Assembly (NCBI GenBank): GCA_963675295.2
Contig: CAXXKJ010000002.1
Coordinates: 2,336,001-2,400,000 of the forward strand
DNA from: a bacterium
GTDB lineage: Bacteria; Electryoneota; Electryoneia; Electryoneales; Electryoneaceae
Direction of reading: 5' to 3'
Length of the DNA stretch: 64,000 nt
In this document: positions 1-10,196 of the stretch, one piece after another
Layout of the letters: every line of letters begins with the position of its first letter
Numbering within the stretch: position 1 is the stretch's first letter
Position numbers and translations under genes: made by a program
The notes under the pieces: generated by a model
What the model was told of the DNA's origin: nothing
The model's database searches: none
Seen by the model: the letters and a program-made list of their open reading frames with translations, nothing else

Positions 1-468
1 GAGATTCCGGTATTGCAGCACTGCAGGTTCACGCGCGTTCAGAGGAATATTCTTACCGTTTGCGCGATCCTCCTGAAGATCCCAGGCCGCTCTGAATGTC
101 TGCTGATCCTCATCTGTTCCATACCTTCTCATATGCGAATACCATGAGATGGCGAAATCGATTGGATTCCTGAAGATGCAGACCAGCCGGGCGTTCGGAT
201 TGAATTGCTTGATTCTCTCCGCGGCGACGGACGAAGTAAGATACAGAGGTGTTGATTCGCCGACGATTTTCTTGCCGTTTGCGGCGGTGAACTGTGACAG
301 GTACTCTTCCTCGGAAGTGATCTGCACGAGACCGGGAAAATCAACGTGGAAATAATTCAATTCTTTCGGTGTCGAAAGAAAGACATCCGGATGTAGCCGT
401 AAAAAAGAATACAGTGAAGTCGTGCCGCACTTCGGTGCGCCCACGAGGAAGAAGTTAGGCTTTTGCAT
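1..468 (-). CDS. Sulfotransferase, 3' end runs off the window; not in the ORF track
   Basis: Manual translation from ATG at 468 stays open to position 1: MQKPNFFLVGAPKCGTTSLYSFLRLHPDVFLSTPKELNYF...VGESTPLY...IFRNPIDFAISWYSH. It has the 5'-PSB loop (GAPKCGTT) and the 3'-PB motif (RNP). Confidence 0.9.
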   Translation of the reverse strand, partial: MQKPNFFLVGAPKCGTTSLYSFLRLHPDVFLSTPKELNYFHVDFPGLVQITSEEEYLSQFTAANGKKIVGESTPLYLTSSVAAERIKQFNPNARLVCIFRNPIDFAISWYSHMRRYGTDEDQQTFRAAWDLQEDRANGKNIPLNAREPAVLQYRNL

Positions 469-888
469 CAAATGCCTCTGTATCCAGATGCAGGATGCCT
501 TGATGTGCGGATAGAACAATTTCCGCACGACACGCATCTTGCGCAGATCGTCATGTTTTTGGCCGCCTCCGGACATACGGTAGTCGATTTGACTTGTCCG
601 GATCGCGCCCTGACTGGGGGGAGAAATGAAGGGTTCAAAGCGTCAGAGCATATGGTAGATCATTGGCCTCGAAGCTGTACTACCCTCCATCTGGTCGGCG
701 GGAAGGTACATATTTTCAGATCCAGCCGACAAGGGCTTGCCGCACGACATCCCCTGAAGAACAGATGTGTACAGTTCATGCACTGTCCCGGCATCTGACG
801 CTCGGAGTCATTCGCTGAAACCCTCACCTGTGGTTCCGCATTTCGTATCATTCCCGCATCATCTATCACTTGCGTAGCGAGGCGAAGC

Positions 889-1788
889 ATGAACCCGACC
901 AGTGAAATCAACCTCCCGTTGCAGAAAATCAACAGCGGCAAAGTCCGTGAGATTTACGCGGTTGGTGATGACAAGCTGCTGCTGGTGACCTCTGACCGGC
1001 TCAGCGCCTTCGATGTGATTCTGCCACAGCCGATTCCGAACAAGGGCGCGGTGCTGAACCAGATGTCGCTGTTCTGGTTCGAGCATTTCCAGGGCAAGGT
1101 GAAGCATGCGGTGCTGGAAGAGGATCCTCGCAAGGTGCCGGAGCTGGCGGATGTTGATGCTGATACGATGGACGTGTTGTCCGGCCGTACGGTGCTGATG
1201 CGCAAGGCGCAGCCGTTCCCGGTGGAATGCATCGTCCGTGGCTGGTTGATCGGCTCAGGCTACAAGGACTATACGAAGACGGGCAAGGTGTGCGGGATTG
1301 ACTTGCCGGAAGGATTGCGCAAGGCCGACCGTCTGCCGGAACCGATTTTCACGCCATCGACCAAGGCTACCGAAGGCCACGACGAGAATATCTCGTTCGA
1401 ACAGGTGGTGGAGTTGATCGGACAGGACCACGCCGAGCAGTTGCGCGACCTGTCGTTGCTGATTTACACGCAGGCGGCCGAGTATGCGCGTGAACGCGGG
1501 ATCATCATCGCCGACACCAAGTTCGAGTTCGGGTTGCTGGACGGTGAGATCGTACTGATTGACGAAGTGCTGACGCCGGACTCGAGCCGGTTCTGGCCGG
1601 CGGACAAGGTGGTGCCGGGCGAGAACCCGCCGAGCTATGACAAGCAGATCGTGCGTGACTGGCTCGAGGCGAGTGGCTGGGGCAAGACTCCACCGGCGCC
1701 AGAATTGCCGGATGAGATCATCGAGAAGACCTCCTCGGCGTATCTTGATATCTACACGAAGCTCGCGGGGCGGGAGTTGAAGGGGTAA
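889..1788 (+). CDS. purC: SAICAR synthetase
   Basis: Motifs SGKVREIY, SDRLSAFD, PVECIVRG, ADTKFEFG, DEVLTPDSSRFW and SYDKQ. Confidence 0.97.
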   Translation: MNPTSEINLPLQKINSGKVREIYAVGDDKLLLVTSDRLSAFDVILPQPIPNKGAVLNQMSLFWFEHFQGKVKHAVLEEDPRKVPELADVDADTMDVLSGRTVLMRKAQPFPVECIVRGWLIGSGYKDYTKTGKVCGIDLPEGLRKADRLPEPIFTPSTKATEGHDENISFEQVVELIGQDHAEQLRDLSLLIYTQAAEYARERGIIIADTKFEFGLLDGEIVLIDEVLTPDSSRFWPADKVVPGENPPSYDKQIVRDWLEASGWGKTPPAPELPDEIIEKTSSAYLDIYTKLAGRELKG

Positions 1789-1799
1789 GATTTCTTCAT

Positions 1800-1823
1800 T
1801 ACCACGGACTGTAGTCCGTGGTA
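1800..1823. repeat. REP-like palindrome, family A (TACCACGGAC-N4-GTCCGTGGTA)
   Basis: Perfect 10-bp inverted repeat; related copies at 11215, 59225, 59318 and 59359. Confidence 0.8.
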
Positions 1824-1842
1824 GTGGGTCAGGTTCGGATGA

Positions 1843-1865
1843 GCCCAGACATGAATGTCTGGGGC
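1843..1865. repeat. REP-like palindrome, family B (CCCAGACAT-N2-ATGTCTGGG)
   Basis: Inverted repeat; near-identical copies at 14453 and 53296. Confidence 0.8.
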
Positions 1866-1912
1866 ATGGTATTGATATCGTAGGCAGGTGACGGAACGAA
1901 GCGAGGGAACGG

Positions 1913-2620
1913 ATGCCGGAGAGCACGGGATCACAGAAAGCGGCGATGCCGCAGCAGACGATTGAGGCGATTGCGAAATCGTTTTACCGGGAAGCCACGC
2001 AGTACGGGTTCCACCGTCACGATTTCCTCCGTTACGTCAACATCCTGCTCGATCTCGGTCTGGAGACCAGTGGGGTGTACACCCCGCCGAAGATGGCGAA
2101 GCCGGAACCGGTAGCCGAGCCCACCGCCGCAGAGAAGAAGGCGATTGTGGTCAAGCCGTACGAAGCGCGCAATTTCAAGATGCTGCAGGCGTGGGTGAAC
2201 GATCCAATGGGGCGTCAATTTCTCGAAACCATGCCCGGGCTGAAGCGTGAACTGAAGGACCTGATTCAAGATCCGAACAGTGTCTTCGGGATTGTATCGT
2301 TGAACGGCAAGTCGATTGGCGCGTTGGCGTATCTGAACATCGACAAGAGCGCGCGCAAGGCGGAACTGCGGAAGTTGATCGGAGATCCGGAAGCGCGTGG
2401 GCACGGCTACGCGAAGATTGCGACGCAGTATTGGATCGAGTATGGTATCACCACGCTTGGTCTGCGCAAGGTTTACGTGAACACGTTGGATACGAACCTG
2501 AAGAACATCAAATTGAACGAGGAGCTGGGCCTGCGTGTCGAGGGTTTGTTGCGGGATGAAATTCATCTTGACGGCAAGTTCCACGACATTTTGCGCATGA
2601 GCCTGGTTGTCCCGGATTGA
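1913..2620 (+). CDS. GNAT (RimJ/RimL-like) N-acetyltransferase with an extra N-terminal helical domain
   Basis: KAELRKLIGDPEARGHGYAK acetyl-CoA motif, NLKNIKLNEELG and EGLLRDEI. The start could be 1946. Confidence 0.8.
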   Translation: MPESTGSQKAAMPQQTIEAIAKSFYREATQYGFHRHDFLRYVNILLDLGLETSGVYTPPKMAKPEPVAEPTAAEKKAIVVKPYEARNFKMLQAWVNDPMGRQFLETMPGLKRELKDLIQDPNSVFGIVSLNGKSIGALAYLNIDKSARKAELRKLIGDPEARGHGYAKIATQYWIEYGITTLGLRKVYVNTLDTNLKNIKLNEELGLRVEGLLRDEIHLDGKFHDILRMSLVVPD

Positions 2621-2669
2621 ACAAACCGCAACAGTTGACCCATCATCAGTGTTACGGAGAACGAACCGC

Positions 2670-3146
2670 ATGATCAACGTGCGTGAAAAGACGGCGGATG
2701 ACAACGAATGGATGGCTGAGGTCGTCACGGAAAACTGGGGCTCGACGCGCATTGTCACTCGTGGGCGGGTACATGATGTCGAGTCGATTCCGGGGTATGT
2801 CGCCGAAAAGGACGGCGAACGTGTCGGCCTGTTGACGTACCAGATTTACGGCAAGGAGTGTGAGCTGATCACGATGAACGCTTTCGAGAAGGGGGTGGGG
2901 ATCGGGACGGCGTTGCTGGATGCCCTGCGCGACAAGGCGAAGGAGCATGATTGCCGCGGGATCTGGCTGATTACGACCAATGACAACGTTGACGCCATGC
3001 GGTTTTACCAGAAGAAGGGGTTCTTCTTCGTGGATGTGCACCGCGATGCGGTATTGACCGCCCGCCGGCTGAAACCGGAGATCCCGGAGATCGGGTTGTA
3101 TGGCATTCCGATCCGTGACGAGATCGAACTGGTGATGCCGTTGTGA
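2670..3146 (+). CDS. GNAT N-acetyltransferase
   Basis: EKGVGIGTALL and ITTNDNVDAMRFYQKKGF motifs. Confidence 0.88.
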   Translation: MINVREKTADDNEWMAEVVTENWGSTRIVTRGRVHDVESIPGYVAEKDGERVGLLTYQIYGKECELITMNAFEKGVGIGTALLDALRDKAKEHDCRGIWLITTNDNVDAMRFYQKKGFFFVDVHRDAVLTARRLKPEIPEIGLYGIPIRDEIELVMPL

Positions 3147-3204
3147 CGGAGGATGTTGAGACATTTCCGCCGACCTTGTACGGCGAGCAATGGAATGTGG
3201 TACC

Positions 3205-4029
3205 ATGAGACCGACATTCGTGGGAATCGGCGGGCAGAAAACCGCCTCGACGTGGACGTACATGGTCCTGCGTGAGCATCCCGAGATCTGCATGTCGGAG
3301 ATGAAGGAGATTCATTATTTCTCACAGGAATATGATCGGGGTGAAGACTGGTACCTGAGCTTTTTCGAGTCGTGTGAAAATGCAAAGGTAGCTGGTGAAT
3401 TCAGCGTCACTTACTATCGCAATCCCGAGGTCCGTGAACGCATCCATCGGTTCAATCCCCAGATGAAGATCCTGATGAACCTGCGCGATCCGGTTGAGCG
3501 CAGTTTCAGCCACTATCGGTTCAAATCACAGTTGGGACAGTACACGGAGCCGTTCGACGAAGCGTTGGACGTGCATCCGGAGATCATCCAATGGAGCAAG
3601 TATGGGGAGCTGGTGCTCCCGTATGTGGAAACATTCGGCCGTGAGAACGTGCACTTCATCAAGCAGGAAGATGTGCACAGCCGTCCGGACGATGTGACAC
3701 GTGAGCTGTATGAGTTTCTCGGGGTGGATCCGTCATTCACCACCGACTTCGGAAAGAAGACCGTCAACTCGACCATCGACCCGAAAAGTGTGTTGCTGGA
3801 GCGCATGCGGCACAAGGTGTGGTGCTGGGTCAACGATCATGGGATGTACCGGATTGTTCCGATTATCCGCCGCAGCGGGTTGTCGAATTTGTACCGGAAG
3901 CTGAATCATAACAAGAAGAAGCAGCAACGTTTAAGTGACGAACAACGGCAATCGTTGCGAGCACGGTTTACGGACGACCTGCAGCGATTCATGGATGGCA
4001 CGGGTGTCGATGTCAGTGAGTGGATGTGA
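3205..4029 (+). CDS. Sulfotransferase family protein
   Basis: PTFVGIGGQKTASTW, KEIHYF, GEFSVTY and LRDPVERSFSHY. Confidence 0.88.
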   Translation: MRPTFVGIGGQKTASTWTYMVLREHPEICMSEMKEIHYFSQEYDRGEDWYLSFFESCENAKVAGEFSVTYYRNPEVRERIHRFNPQMKILMNLRDPVERSFSHYRFKSQLGQYTEPFDEALDVHPEIIQWSKYGELVLPYVETFGRENVHFIKQEDVHSRPDDVTRELYEFLGVDPSFTTDFGKKTVNSTIDPKSVLLERMRHKVWCWVNDHGMYRIVPIIRRSGLSNLYRKLNHNKKKQQRLSDEQRQSLRARFTDDLQRFMDGTGVDVSEWM

Positions 4030-4081
4030 CCGAACGGGCACATTGCCTGGCCTGCCTGTGCTGCAACATGGTTTTCGATAG

Positions 4082-7000
4082 ATGAACCTCTTCAAAAAAG
4101 TCTTTGGCACTCGCCATGATCGTGAGCTGAAAAAGGTTCAGCCGATTGTAGATGAGATCAACCGCCATTTTGAGACCCTGTCCGGGTTGTCGGATGATGA
4201 GCTGCGCGGCAAGACCGATCAGTTCAAGGAATTCATCCGCGATCGGATGGGTGATTTCGATCCGTACGCCGGGCTGGAGAAGTCCGATCCGGAGCGCGAG
4301 AAGAAGGCGAAGAAGAACGAGCTGGCAGCGTTGAACGAGATTCTCGACGAAATCCTGCCGGAAGCGTTCGCGGTGGTCAAGGAAGGCTGCCGCCGTCTGA
4401 CGGAACGCGAACACTCGTTCGTCGCCGCCGAAACCGAGATGACGTGGGCGATGGTTCCGTACGACGTGCAGCTCGTCGGCGGGATTCAGCTGCACCGAGG
4501 CCGTATCGCGGAGATGGCGACCGGTGAAGGCAAGACGCTGGTCGCGACGATGCCGTTGTACTTGAACGCGCTGGCCGGGCGTGGCTCGCACCTGGTGACG
4601 GTGAACGACTACCTCGCCCGCCGTGATGCGGAGTGGATGGGGCAGTTGTACGAATTCCTCGGTCTGACGACAGGCGTGATTCTCAGCCAGCTGGCTCCCG
4701 ATGTGCGGAAAGAATCGTATGCTGCCGATATAACGTATGGGACGAACAACGAGTTCGGCTTCGACTATCTGCGCGACAACATGGCGACGGATGTCGAACG
4801 GCTTGTACAGCGTCGACACCACTACGCCATCGTCGACGAGGTCGACAGCGTGCTGATCGACGAGGCGCGTACCCCGTTGATTATTGCCGGACCGGTCCCG
4901 CGCAGCAGCGAAGGCGATTTTACCAAGCTGAATCCGTCGGTGAAGACGCTGGTCGAGCGGCAGAAACGGCTTGTCGTACATCTGCTTGACGAGGCAGACG
5001 CGCTGATGAACGGCAAGGCCGAACCGAAGGGCAAGGACCCGCAGTTCGAGGCCGGGATCAAGCTGTTCCAGGCGAACCGTGGCGCGCCGAAGAACAAGCG
5101 CGTGCTGAAGCTGCTCAGCGAGCAGGGGATCAAGTCGTTGATCCAGTCGGTGGAAGACGAGTTCATCCGTGAAAAGCGGGTGCATGAACTCGACGAAGAC
5201 CTGCTGTATGCCATCGACGAGAAGACGAACAGCATTGACCTCACGGACAAAGGACGTGACGAACTGGCGAAGATCTCGCATCAGGACAGTGACTACTTCA
5301 TGTTGCCTGATCTCGCTGATGTGTTCCATGAAATCGATCAGGATACGTCGCTGAGCGACTCGCAGAAGGCCGAGAAAAAGGCTGACGAGGAAGCTCAGAT
5401 GGCGGAACGCAGCTCGAACCTGCATACCATCAGCCAGTTGTTGCGTGCGCACACGTTGTACAACAAGGATGATGAGTATGTGATCGAGAACGGCAAGGTG
5501 CAGATTGTCGACACGTTCACCGGCCGTATCATGTATGGGCGGCGGTATTCGGACGGGTTGCACCAAGCGATCGAGGCGAAGGAAGGTGTGCGTGTCGAGG
5601 CGGAAACGCAGACGATTGCCTCGATTACGTTGCAGAACTATTTCCGGCTCTATGGCAAGCTGGCAGGGATGACCGGTACGGCGGAGACGGAAGAGGACGA
5701 GTTCTTCAAGATTTACAACATGGATGTGTCCGTCATTCCGACGAACCGTCCAATCGCGCGCAAGGACCTGGACGACGAGGTATACCGAACCCAGCGTGAA
5801 AAGTACAAGGCGATTATTGACGAGATCGTGCGTGTGCACGAGCTCGGGTTGCCGGTGCTGGTTGGTACGACGTCGGTCGAGATCAGCGAGCTGGTCGCGC
5901 GAATGCTGGGCACGCGAACGGTTGCCGGACGCAAACTGAAAGAGCACGTTGCGGTTTTGAACGCGAAGCAGCATCAGCGGGAAGCGGAAATCGTCGTGCA
6001 GGCGGGGCGTCCCGGCGCGATCACGATTGCGACGAACATGGCCGGTCGTGGTACGGATATCAAGATCGGGCCGGAGATCAAGGACGCACATGGGCCGGAC
6101 GGGATAATCACCCAACGGCTTGAGGCGGATAAGGAGCTACGGGATCGTCACATAAAGGAGTACAACTACGACCCGAAGGAACAGCCGGGCGGGTTGCAGA
6201 TTATCGGCACCGAGCGTCACGAAGCGCGCCGGATCGACCGTCAGTTGCGCGGTCGTTCGGGACGTCAGGGCGATCCGGGCCGGTCGAAGTTCTACGTGTC
6301 GATTGAAGACGACCTGATGCGCATGTTCGGCGGTGAGCGCATGGGCAAGATCATGGACTCGCTGGGGATCAAGGACGGCGAGGTGATCACGCATCCGATG
6401 GTCACCAAGGCGATCGAGAAGGCGCAGACGCGTGTCGAACAATACAACTTCTCGATCCGTGAGCATTTGCTGAAGTATGACGACGTGATGAACATCCAGC
6501 GCGAGGTGATTTACGCCCGGCGCCGGAACGCGTTGCACGGTGACATCTTCGAGGAGCATGAAAATCTGCTCGAAGAGTATGTCGCCGTGACTGTGGATCG
6601 ATACGCACCCTCGAAGGAGGGAGCCTACGGCTGGGAAATCGACGAGTTGCGCTCAGCACTCTTGCGAAACCTTCACGTCGATTTGCACATTGATGAGGCT
6701 CAACTGGATACGTTGACCGGGGATGAACTTGAGGGAAAAATCCTCGAGGCCGCGCGTCAACGCTTCCAACTTCGCAAAGAACAGCTTGGCGAAGAGCTCT
6801 ATGAAAGGTTGCTGCGGTACGCGATTCTCCGCGTTGTCGATCAACAGTGGATGGATCATCTCTACGAGATGGACCGGCTCAAGGAAGGGATCGGGCTGCG
6901 CTCGTATGCGCAGAAGGATCCGTTGATCGAGTACAAGCGTGAGGGCCTGGAGGCGTTCGAGGATATGCTCGGGCGTGTTGCCGAGACCAGCTTGCGGATG

Positions 7001-7315
7001 ATCCTGAACGCTCAGATTCAGGAACCGCCGAAGGTTGAGTCGCGGGTGCTGGATGCGGGCAAGGCGGTGAAGAGTGATGCGACGGGCATGGGGATGAGCC
7101 AGGCCCAGGCGCAGGCGCAGCAACGTCAGCCGGCGATGGCTGGCGCGAGCGTGGAACGGGCGATGAATCGTCCGGGACGCGGGCAGCGTCCGCAGCCGCA
7201 ACAGCAGCAGCAACAGGCGAAGACGCCGGTGACGCGTGAGGAGCCGAAAGTCGGCCGGAATGATCCCTGCTGGTGTGGCAGCGGGAAAAAGTATAAGCAT
7301 TGTCACGGACAATAG
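4082..7315 (+). CDS. secA: Preprotein translocase ATPase SecA
   Basis: MATGEGKT Walker [44 protein letters not shown] and a C-terminal SEC-C motif [19 protein letters not shown]. Confidence 0.98.
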   Translation: MNLFKKVFGTRHDRELKKVQPIVDEINRHFETLSGLSDDELRGKTDQFKEFIRDRMGDFDPYAGLEKSDPEREKKAKKNELAALNEILDEILPEAFAVVKEGCRRLTEREHSFVAAETEMTWAMVPYDVQLVGGIQLHRGRIAEMATGEGKTLVATMPLYLNALAGRGSHLVTVNDYLARRDAEWMGQLYEFLGLTTGVILSQLAPDVRKESYAADITYGTNNEFGFDYLRDNMATDVERLVQRRHHYAIVDEVDSVLIDEARTPLIIAGPVPRSSEGDFTKLNPSVKTLVERQKRLVVHLLDEADALMNGKAEPKGKDPQFEAGIKLFQANRGAPKNKRVLKLLSEQGIKSLIQSVEDEFIREKRVHELDEDLLYAIDEKTNSIDLTDKGRDELAKISHQDSDYFMLPDLADVFHEIDQDTSLSDSQKAEKKADEEAQMAERSSNLHTISQLLRAHTLYNKDDEYVIENGKVQIVDTFTGRIMYGRRYSDGLHQAIEAKEGVRVEAETQTIASITLQNYFRLYGKLAGMTGTAETEEDEFFKIYNMDVSVIPTNRPIARKDLDDEVYRTQREKYKAIIDEIVRVHELGLPVLVGTTSVEISELVARMLGTRTVAGRKLKEHVAVLNAKQHQREAEIVVQAGRPGAITIATNMAGRGTDIKIGPEIKDAHGPDGIITQRLEADKELRDRHIKEYNYDPKEQPGGLQIIGTERHEARRIDRQLRGRSGRQGDPGRSKFYVSIEDDLMRMFGGERMGKIMDSLGIKDGEVITHPMVTKAIEKAQTRVEQYNFSIREHLLKYDDVMNIQREVIYARRRNALHGDIFEEHENLLEEYVAVTVDRYAPSKEGAYGWEIDELRSALLRNLHVDLHIDEAQLDTLTGDELEGKILEAARQRFQLRKEQLGEELYERLLRYAILRVVDQQWMDHLYEMDRLKEGIGLRSYAQKDPLIEYKREGLEAFEDMLGRVAETSLRMILNAQIQEPPKVESRVLDAGKAVKSDATGMGMSQAQAQAQQRQPAMAGASVERAMNRPGRGQRPQPQQQQQQAKTPVTREEPKVGRNDPCWCGSGKKYKHCHGQ

Positions 7316-7338
7316 CTGAAACGAGCGAAAGGTCCGGG

Positions 7339-7830
7339 ATGAGAGACGAATCCCTGGTACCGCGCAAGGTGGTGGGTCTGGCGATGCACCTCCTACGCGA
7401 ACTGCGAGAAGAACGCATCCACCTCGAGGAAATCGAGGACATGGGAGAGGAGCTCCGGGGACAGGGGTATTCCGATTCCGAGATCAACGCGGCGTTCGAT
7501 TGGGTGTTTGACCGGATCGATGGCGTTGATCCGTCCGAAGTCATGTACCGTGGCGGATACAGCAACACGGCGTTCCGTGTGCTGCATCCGGCGGAGCAGG
7601 CCGTGTTGACGGCGGAAGCGTTCGGCCAGATGATCGAAATGCAGACACTCGGCATGTTAGACCTTGAAGATGTCGAACGGCTGCTCGATCGTGCGATGGC
7701 GATTGGTGGACCATTGAACCAGGACGATTTGCGCACGCTGGTGCATTCGTACCTGTTTGAGGAGGGGGTGCGGCCGGGCAACCGCAATGGTGCCCTGAAC
7801 CTGATCAGCACCCGGGGAACGATTCACTAA
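7339..7830 (+). CDS. smg: Smg/DUF494 family protein
   Basis: LRGQGYSDSEINAAFDW and FRVLHPAEQ...LTAEAFG pattern. Confidence 0.75.
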   Translation: MRDESLVPRKVVGLAMHLLRELREERIHLEEIEDMGEELRGQGYSDSEINAAFDWVFDRIDGVDPSEVMYRGGYSNTAFRVLHPAEQAVLTAEAFGQMIEMQTLGMLDLEDVERLLDRAMAIGGPLNQDDLRTLVHSYLFEEGVRPGNRNGALNLISTRGTIH

Positions 7831-7854
7831 CTCGATTTGCTAGCCGAGGCGGGA

Positions 7855-8868
7855 ATGACCATCTCCAAGTTTCGTTTTTTCACAGCCATAATGCTCGTCG
7901 CGTTATGGTTTTTCTTTGCAGCCTGCAGCGAAGACTCCGATGATCCAGTCAGCCCGGGACCCGAACCGCAGGACACTCTTGACGTCGATTTCCTGATGGG
8001 ATTCTGGAACTGCGCGGAAGGCAATGAGGATTCATACCCGATTACCACGCTCTCGTTCGGCGAGGAAATGAATGGGATGATCGGCACGATGCAGGCACTG
8101 GATTACATGGTCTGGGAGGCGACCGACAGCACGTTGATGATCAATACGATCAACGGAATTCGCGACTATAATTACGAATATGCCAATGATTCGCTGTCGC
8201 TGTGGGTTGGACTTGGCGGCAAGCTGAACTTCGGCAAGGTGACCGATGCGGACACGGTGTACATCGAGCAGAATCCGTACCGCGCAGCCGTACTATTGCC
8301 GGAACTGATGGAATTGCACCTTGGGTTGTACGACGCGACCGGTTTGCAGCTGGTCTCGCTGTTCACCGGACTGGTGCAATCCGGGCAGCAGTTGATTTAT
8401 TACGATTACCCGGAAACGGTGCTGAATCAGGTGGTCGCGTTCGACGCGATCCGTAATGGCGGCACCCATTCGCGGCAGTACAAGGTGGTCGCACACCGTC
8501 CCGCTGTGCCGGAAGAAGCGAAGGACATAGTGGCGGATTTCTGGGACGCACAGCTCTACCTCGACAAGGAATTCGCGCTTGCGGGTAAAGATACTTTCGG
8601 CGATGCGTGGGAAGGTACCGAAGAAGACTGGTTCGCATTGACGATCCAGGAGAAGCTGCCGTACCTGCCGGGTAATATCCGTCGCAACCTGCCGGCGGAA
8701 GGCACCGACTCGTACTACTGGTACATCGCGGACTACACGTACCAGTTCGGTTTTGGCTGGACCGATGGGGTCGATGATGTCGTGAACACCGTCGAATGGG
8801 ACGGGACCAGCGAAAAGCTGACCGAATACCGTGTGCTGCTGGGATTGGAAGAAGAGGAGATGGAATAA
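7855..8868 (+). CDS. Hypothetical lipoprotein, paralog 1
   Basis: Signal peptide with lipobox FAAC; co-linear similarity to 8894-9895. Confidence 0.75.
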   Translation: MTISKFRFFTAIMLVALWFFFAACSEDSDDPVSPGPEPQDTLDVDFLMGFWNCAEGNEDSYPITTLSFGEEMNGMIGTMQALDYMVWEATDSTLMINTINGIRDYNYEYANDSLSLWVGLGGKLNFGKVTDADTVYIEQNPYRAAVLLPELMELHLGLYDATGLQLVSLFTGLVQSGQQLIYYDYPETVLNQVVAFDAIRNGGTHSRQYKVVAHRPAVPEEAKDIVADFWDAQLYLDKEFALAGKDTFGDAWEGTEEDWFALTIQEKLPYLPGNIRRNLPAEGTDSYYWYIADYTYQFGFGWTDGVDDVVNTVEWDGTSEKLTEYRVLLGLEEEEME

Positions 8869-8893
8869 ATAGGGTCAGTCGCCTGGGGGGAGG

Positions 8894-9895
8894 GTGATGC
8901 AACCGAGGTTATGGCGTTTTAGCGCCGGTTTATCCGTGATATTCCTCGCTGCATTTGCTTTTATTGGATGCGAGGATGTGGGCAAAGATAATCCGGTTGA
9001 AACCGGCCCGGATTACAGCTTCATCCACGGATTTTGGGAGGTCTCTGACGATAACCTGGAAAATGCTCCGTTCCAAGTATTCTCATTTGGGCCTGAAGGA
9101 ACGGGGATGTTGGGTTCAAGTGCAGAGATGTCCCAATTCACTTTTTCGATGACGGACAGTTCGATCAAGTTGGACGGTGATAGCGCCAGCCGGACTTTAA
9201 ACTACCAGATGGTATCCGATACGTTCAGGCTGATAGATGGCCTGGGCGATGTTATTTCGTACGTCAGGGTGGTGGATACGGATACGGTTTACTTAGAAGA
9301 CAATCCGGAGTTGGTGAATCTGACGATGCCTGAATTCTATTTCCTGCATGTTGCGGTGCACGGAGGTGGCGGCGAGATCATTAAGACACTCGCAAATGGT
9401 ACTTACTATGCCGGTGTCCACCGGTTCCTCCTGGATTACCCGGATACAACTGAGGGGAGTGATTTTTCGATTGATGCTCATGTGCCTGGAAAATGGTTTG
9501 CCCGGACCTGCCGAACCGTGCAACGCCGTGGCAACGTTTCGCAGGAAACCATGGAATTTGCGGACATGTATTTCGATAAGGAAGCTTATCTGCTGGGTGA
9601 ATACTACTGCTCTTTCCACCCGAGAGGCACAAATGATTTTCATGGAACATTTGAAGAGTGGAAAGAACTGAAGTTTCTTGAAAAACAGGAATATCTGGGG
9701 GGATATTTTCGACACAACATCAACGTAACCGGAGATGCCTTCTATTGGCGGATTGGCGTGTATCCTGAACAGTTCGGGTTCGGCTGGGTTGATGCGTTAG
9801 ATGATGACATAGAAACGATTGAATGGGACGGAACCAGCGAAAAGTTGACCGAATACCGTGTGCTGCTGGGATTGGAAGAAGCGGAAGAGGATTAG
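8894..9895 (+). CDS. Hypothetical lipoprotein, paralog 2
   Basis: Lipobox FIGC; shares DTVYxExNP, DYPxT, QFGFGW and EWDGTSEKLTEYRVLLGLEE with the upstream gene. Confidence 0.75.
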   Translation: MMQPRLWRFSAGLSVIFLAAFAFIGCEDVGKDNPVETGPDYSFIHGFWEVSDDNLENAPFQVFSFGPEGTGMLGSSAEMSQFTFSMTDSSIKLDGDSASRTLNYQMVSDTFRLIDGLGDVISYVRVVDTDTVYLEDNPELVNLTMPEFYFLHVAVHGGGGEIIKTLANGTYYAGVHRFLLDYPDTTEGSDFSIDAHVPGKWFARTCRTVQRRGNVSQETMEFADMYFDKEAYLLGEYYCSFHPRGTNDFHGTFEEWKELKFLEKQEYLGGYFRHNINVTGDAFYWRIGVYPEQFGFGWVDALDDDIETIEWDGTSEKLTEYRVLLGLEEAEED

Positions 9896-9930
9896 GAGAC
9901 CGGTAAACCTGGATTAAGACAATCCAAGCT

Positions 9931-9968
9931 GGATCTTCTTCACTTCTCTTCGTTCCGTTCAGAATGAC
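9931..9968. repeat. REP-like element, family C (reverse complement GTCATTCTGAACGG...GTGAAGAAGATCC)
   Basis: Near-identical copy at 10109-10143 and a related copy at 43581-43607. Confidence 0.7.
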
Positions 9969-10004
9969 GCGCATTGTGAACGGTACTAGTTGACAAGATT
10001 GCAA

Positions 10005-10039
10005 GGGGGACACTTACGGAGTAAGTGTCCCCTGTTTTT
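10005..10039 (+). terminator. Stem-loop with T tail; likely intrinsic terminator (repeat family D)
   Basis: GGGGACACTTAC-GGA-GTAAGTGTCCCC followed by TGTTTTT; same stem arms as 40557-40584. Confidence 0.6.
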
Positions 10040-10108
10040 GACCAAGAGTATGGTGATTCAACGTGCAGGAGGATAGCGATTCAACGTGTAGACTGTTGAT
10101 CATCTGGC

Positions 10109-10143
10109 TCTTCCTCACTTCTCTTCGTTCCGTTCGGAATGAC
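10109..10143. repeat. REP-like element, family C, second copy
   Basis: TCTTCCTCACTTCTCTTCGTTCCGTTCGGAATGAC matches 9934-9968 with 2 differences. Confidence 0.7.
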
Positions 10144-10196
10144 GCGCTGTCCATCTTTCGGTTGGATAGCTGGCGTTTCCTCGCATCGTATCGAGT

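Noticed and set aside
590-700. Possible ZTP (pfl) riboswitch upstream of purC (TGACTGG)
   Set aside because: The rest of the consensus and the 3' GCCYGGGC hairpin are missing.
463-798. 111-aa ORF between the sulfotransferase and purC
   Set aside because: No motifs; it overlaps a divergent promoter region.
4013-6115. 700-aa antisense ORF over secA, and similar long antisense ORFs over purC, serC, S8, TBDR and pepT
   Set aside because: Shadow frames of GC3-rich genes with no recognisable motifs.
8794-9881. Repeat pair as a diversity-generating retroelement TR/VR
   Set aside because: Only 2 mismatches, not adenine-specific, both copies are coding and no reverse transcriptase is present.
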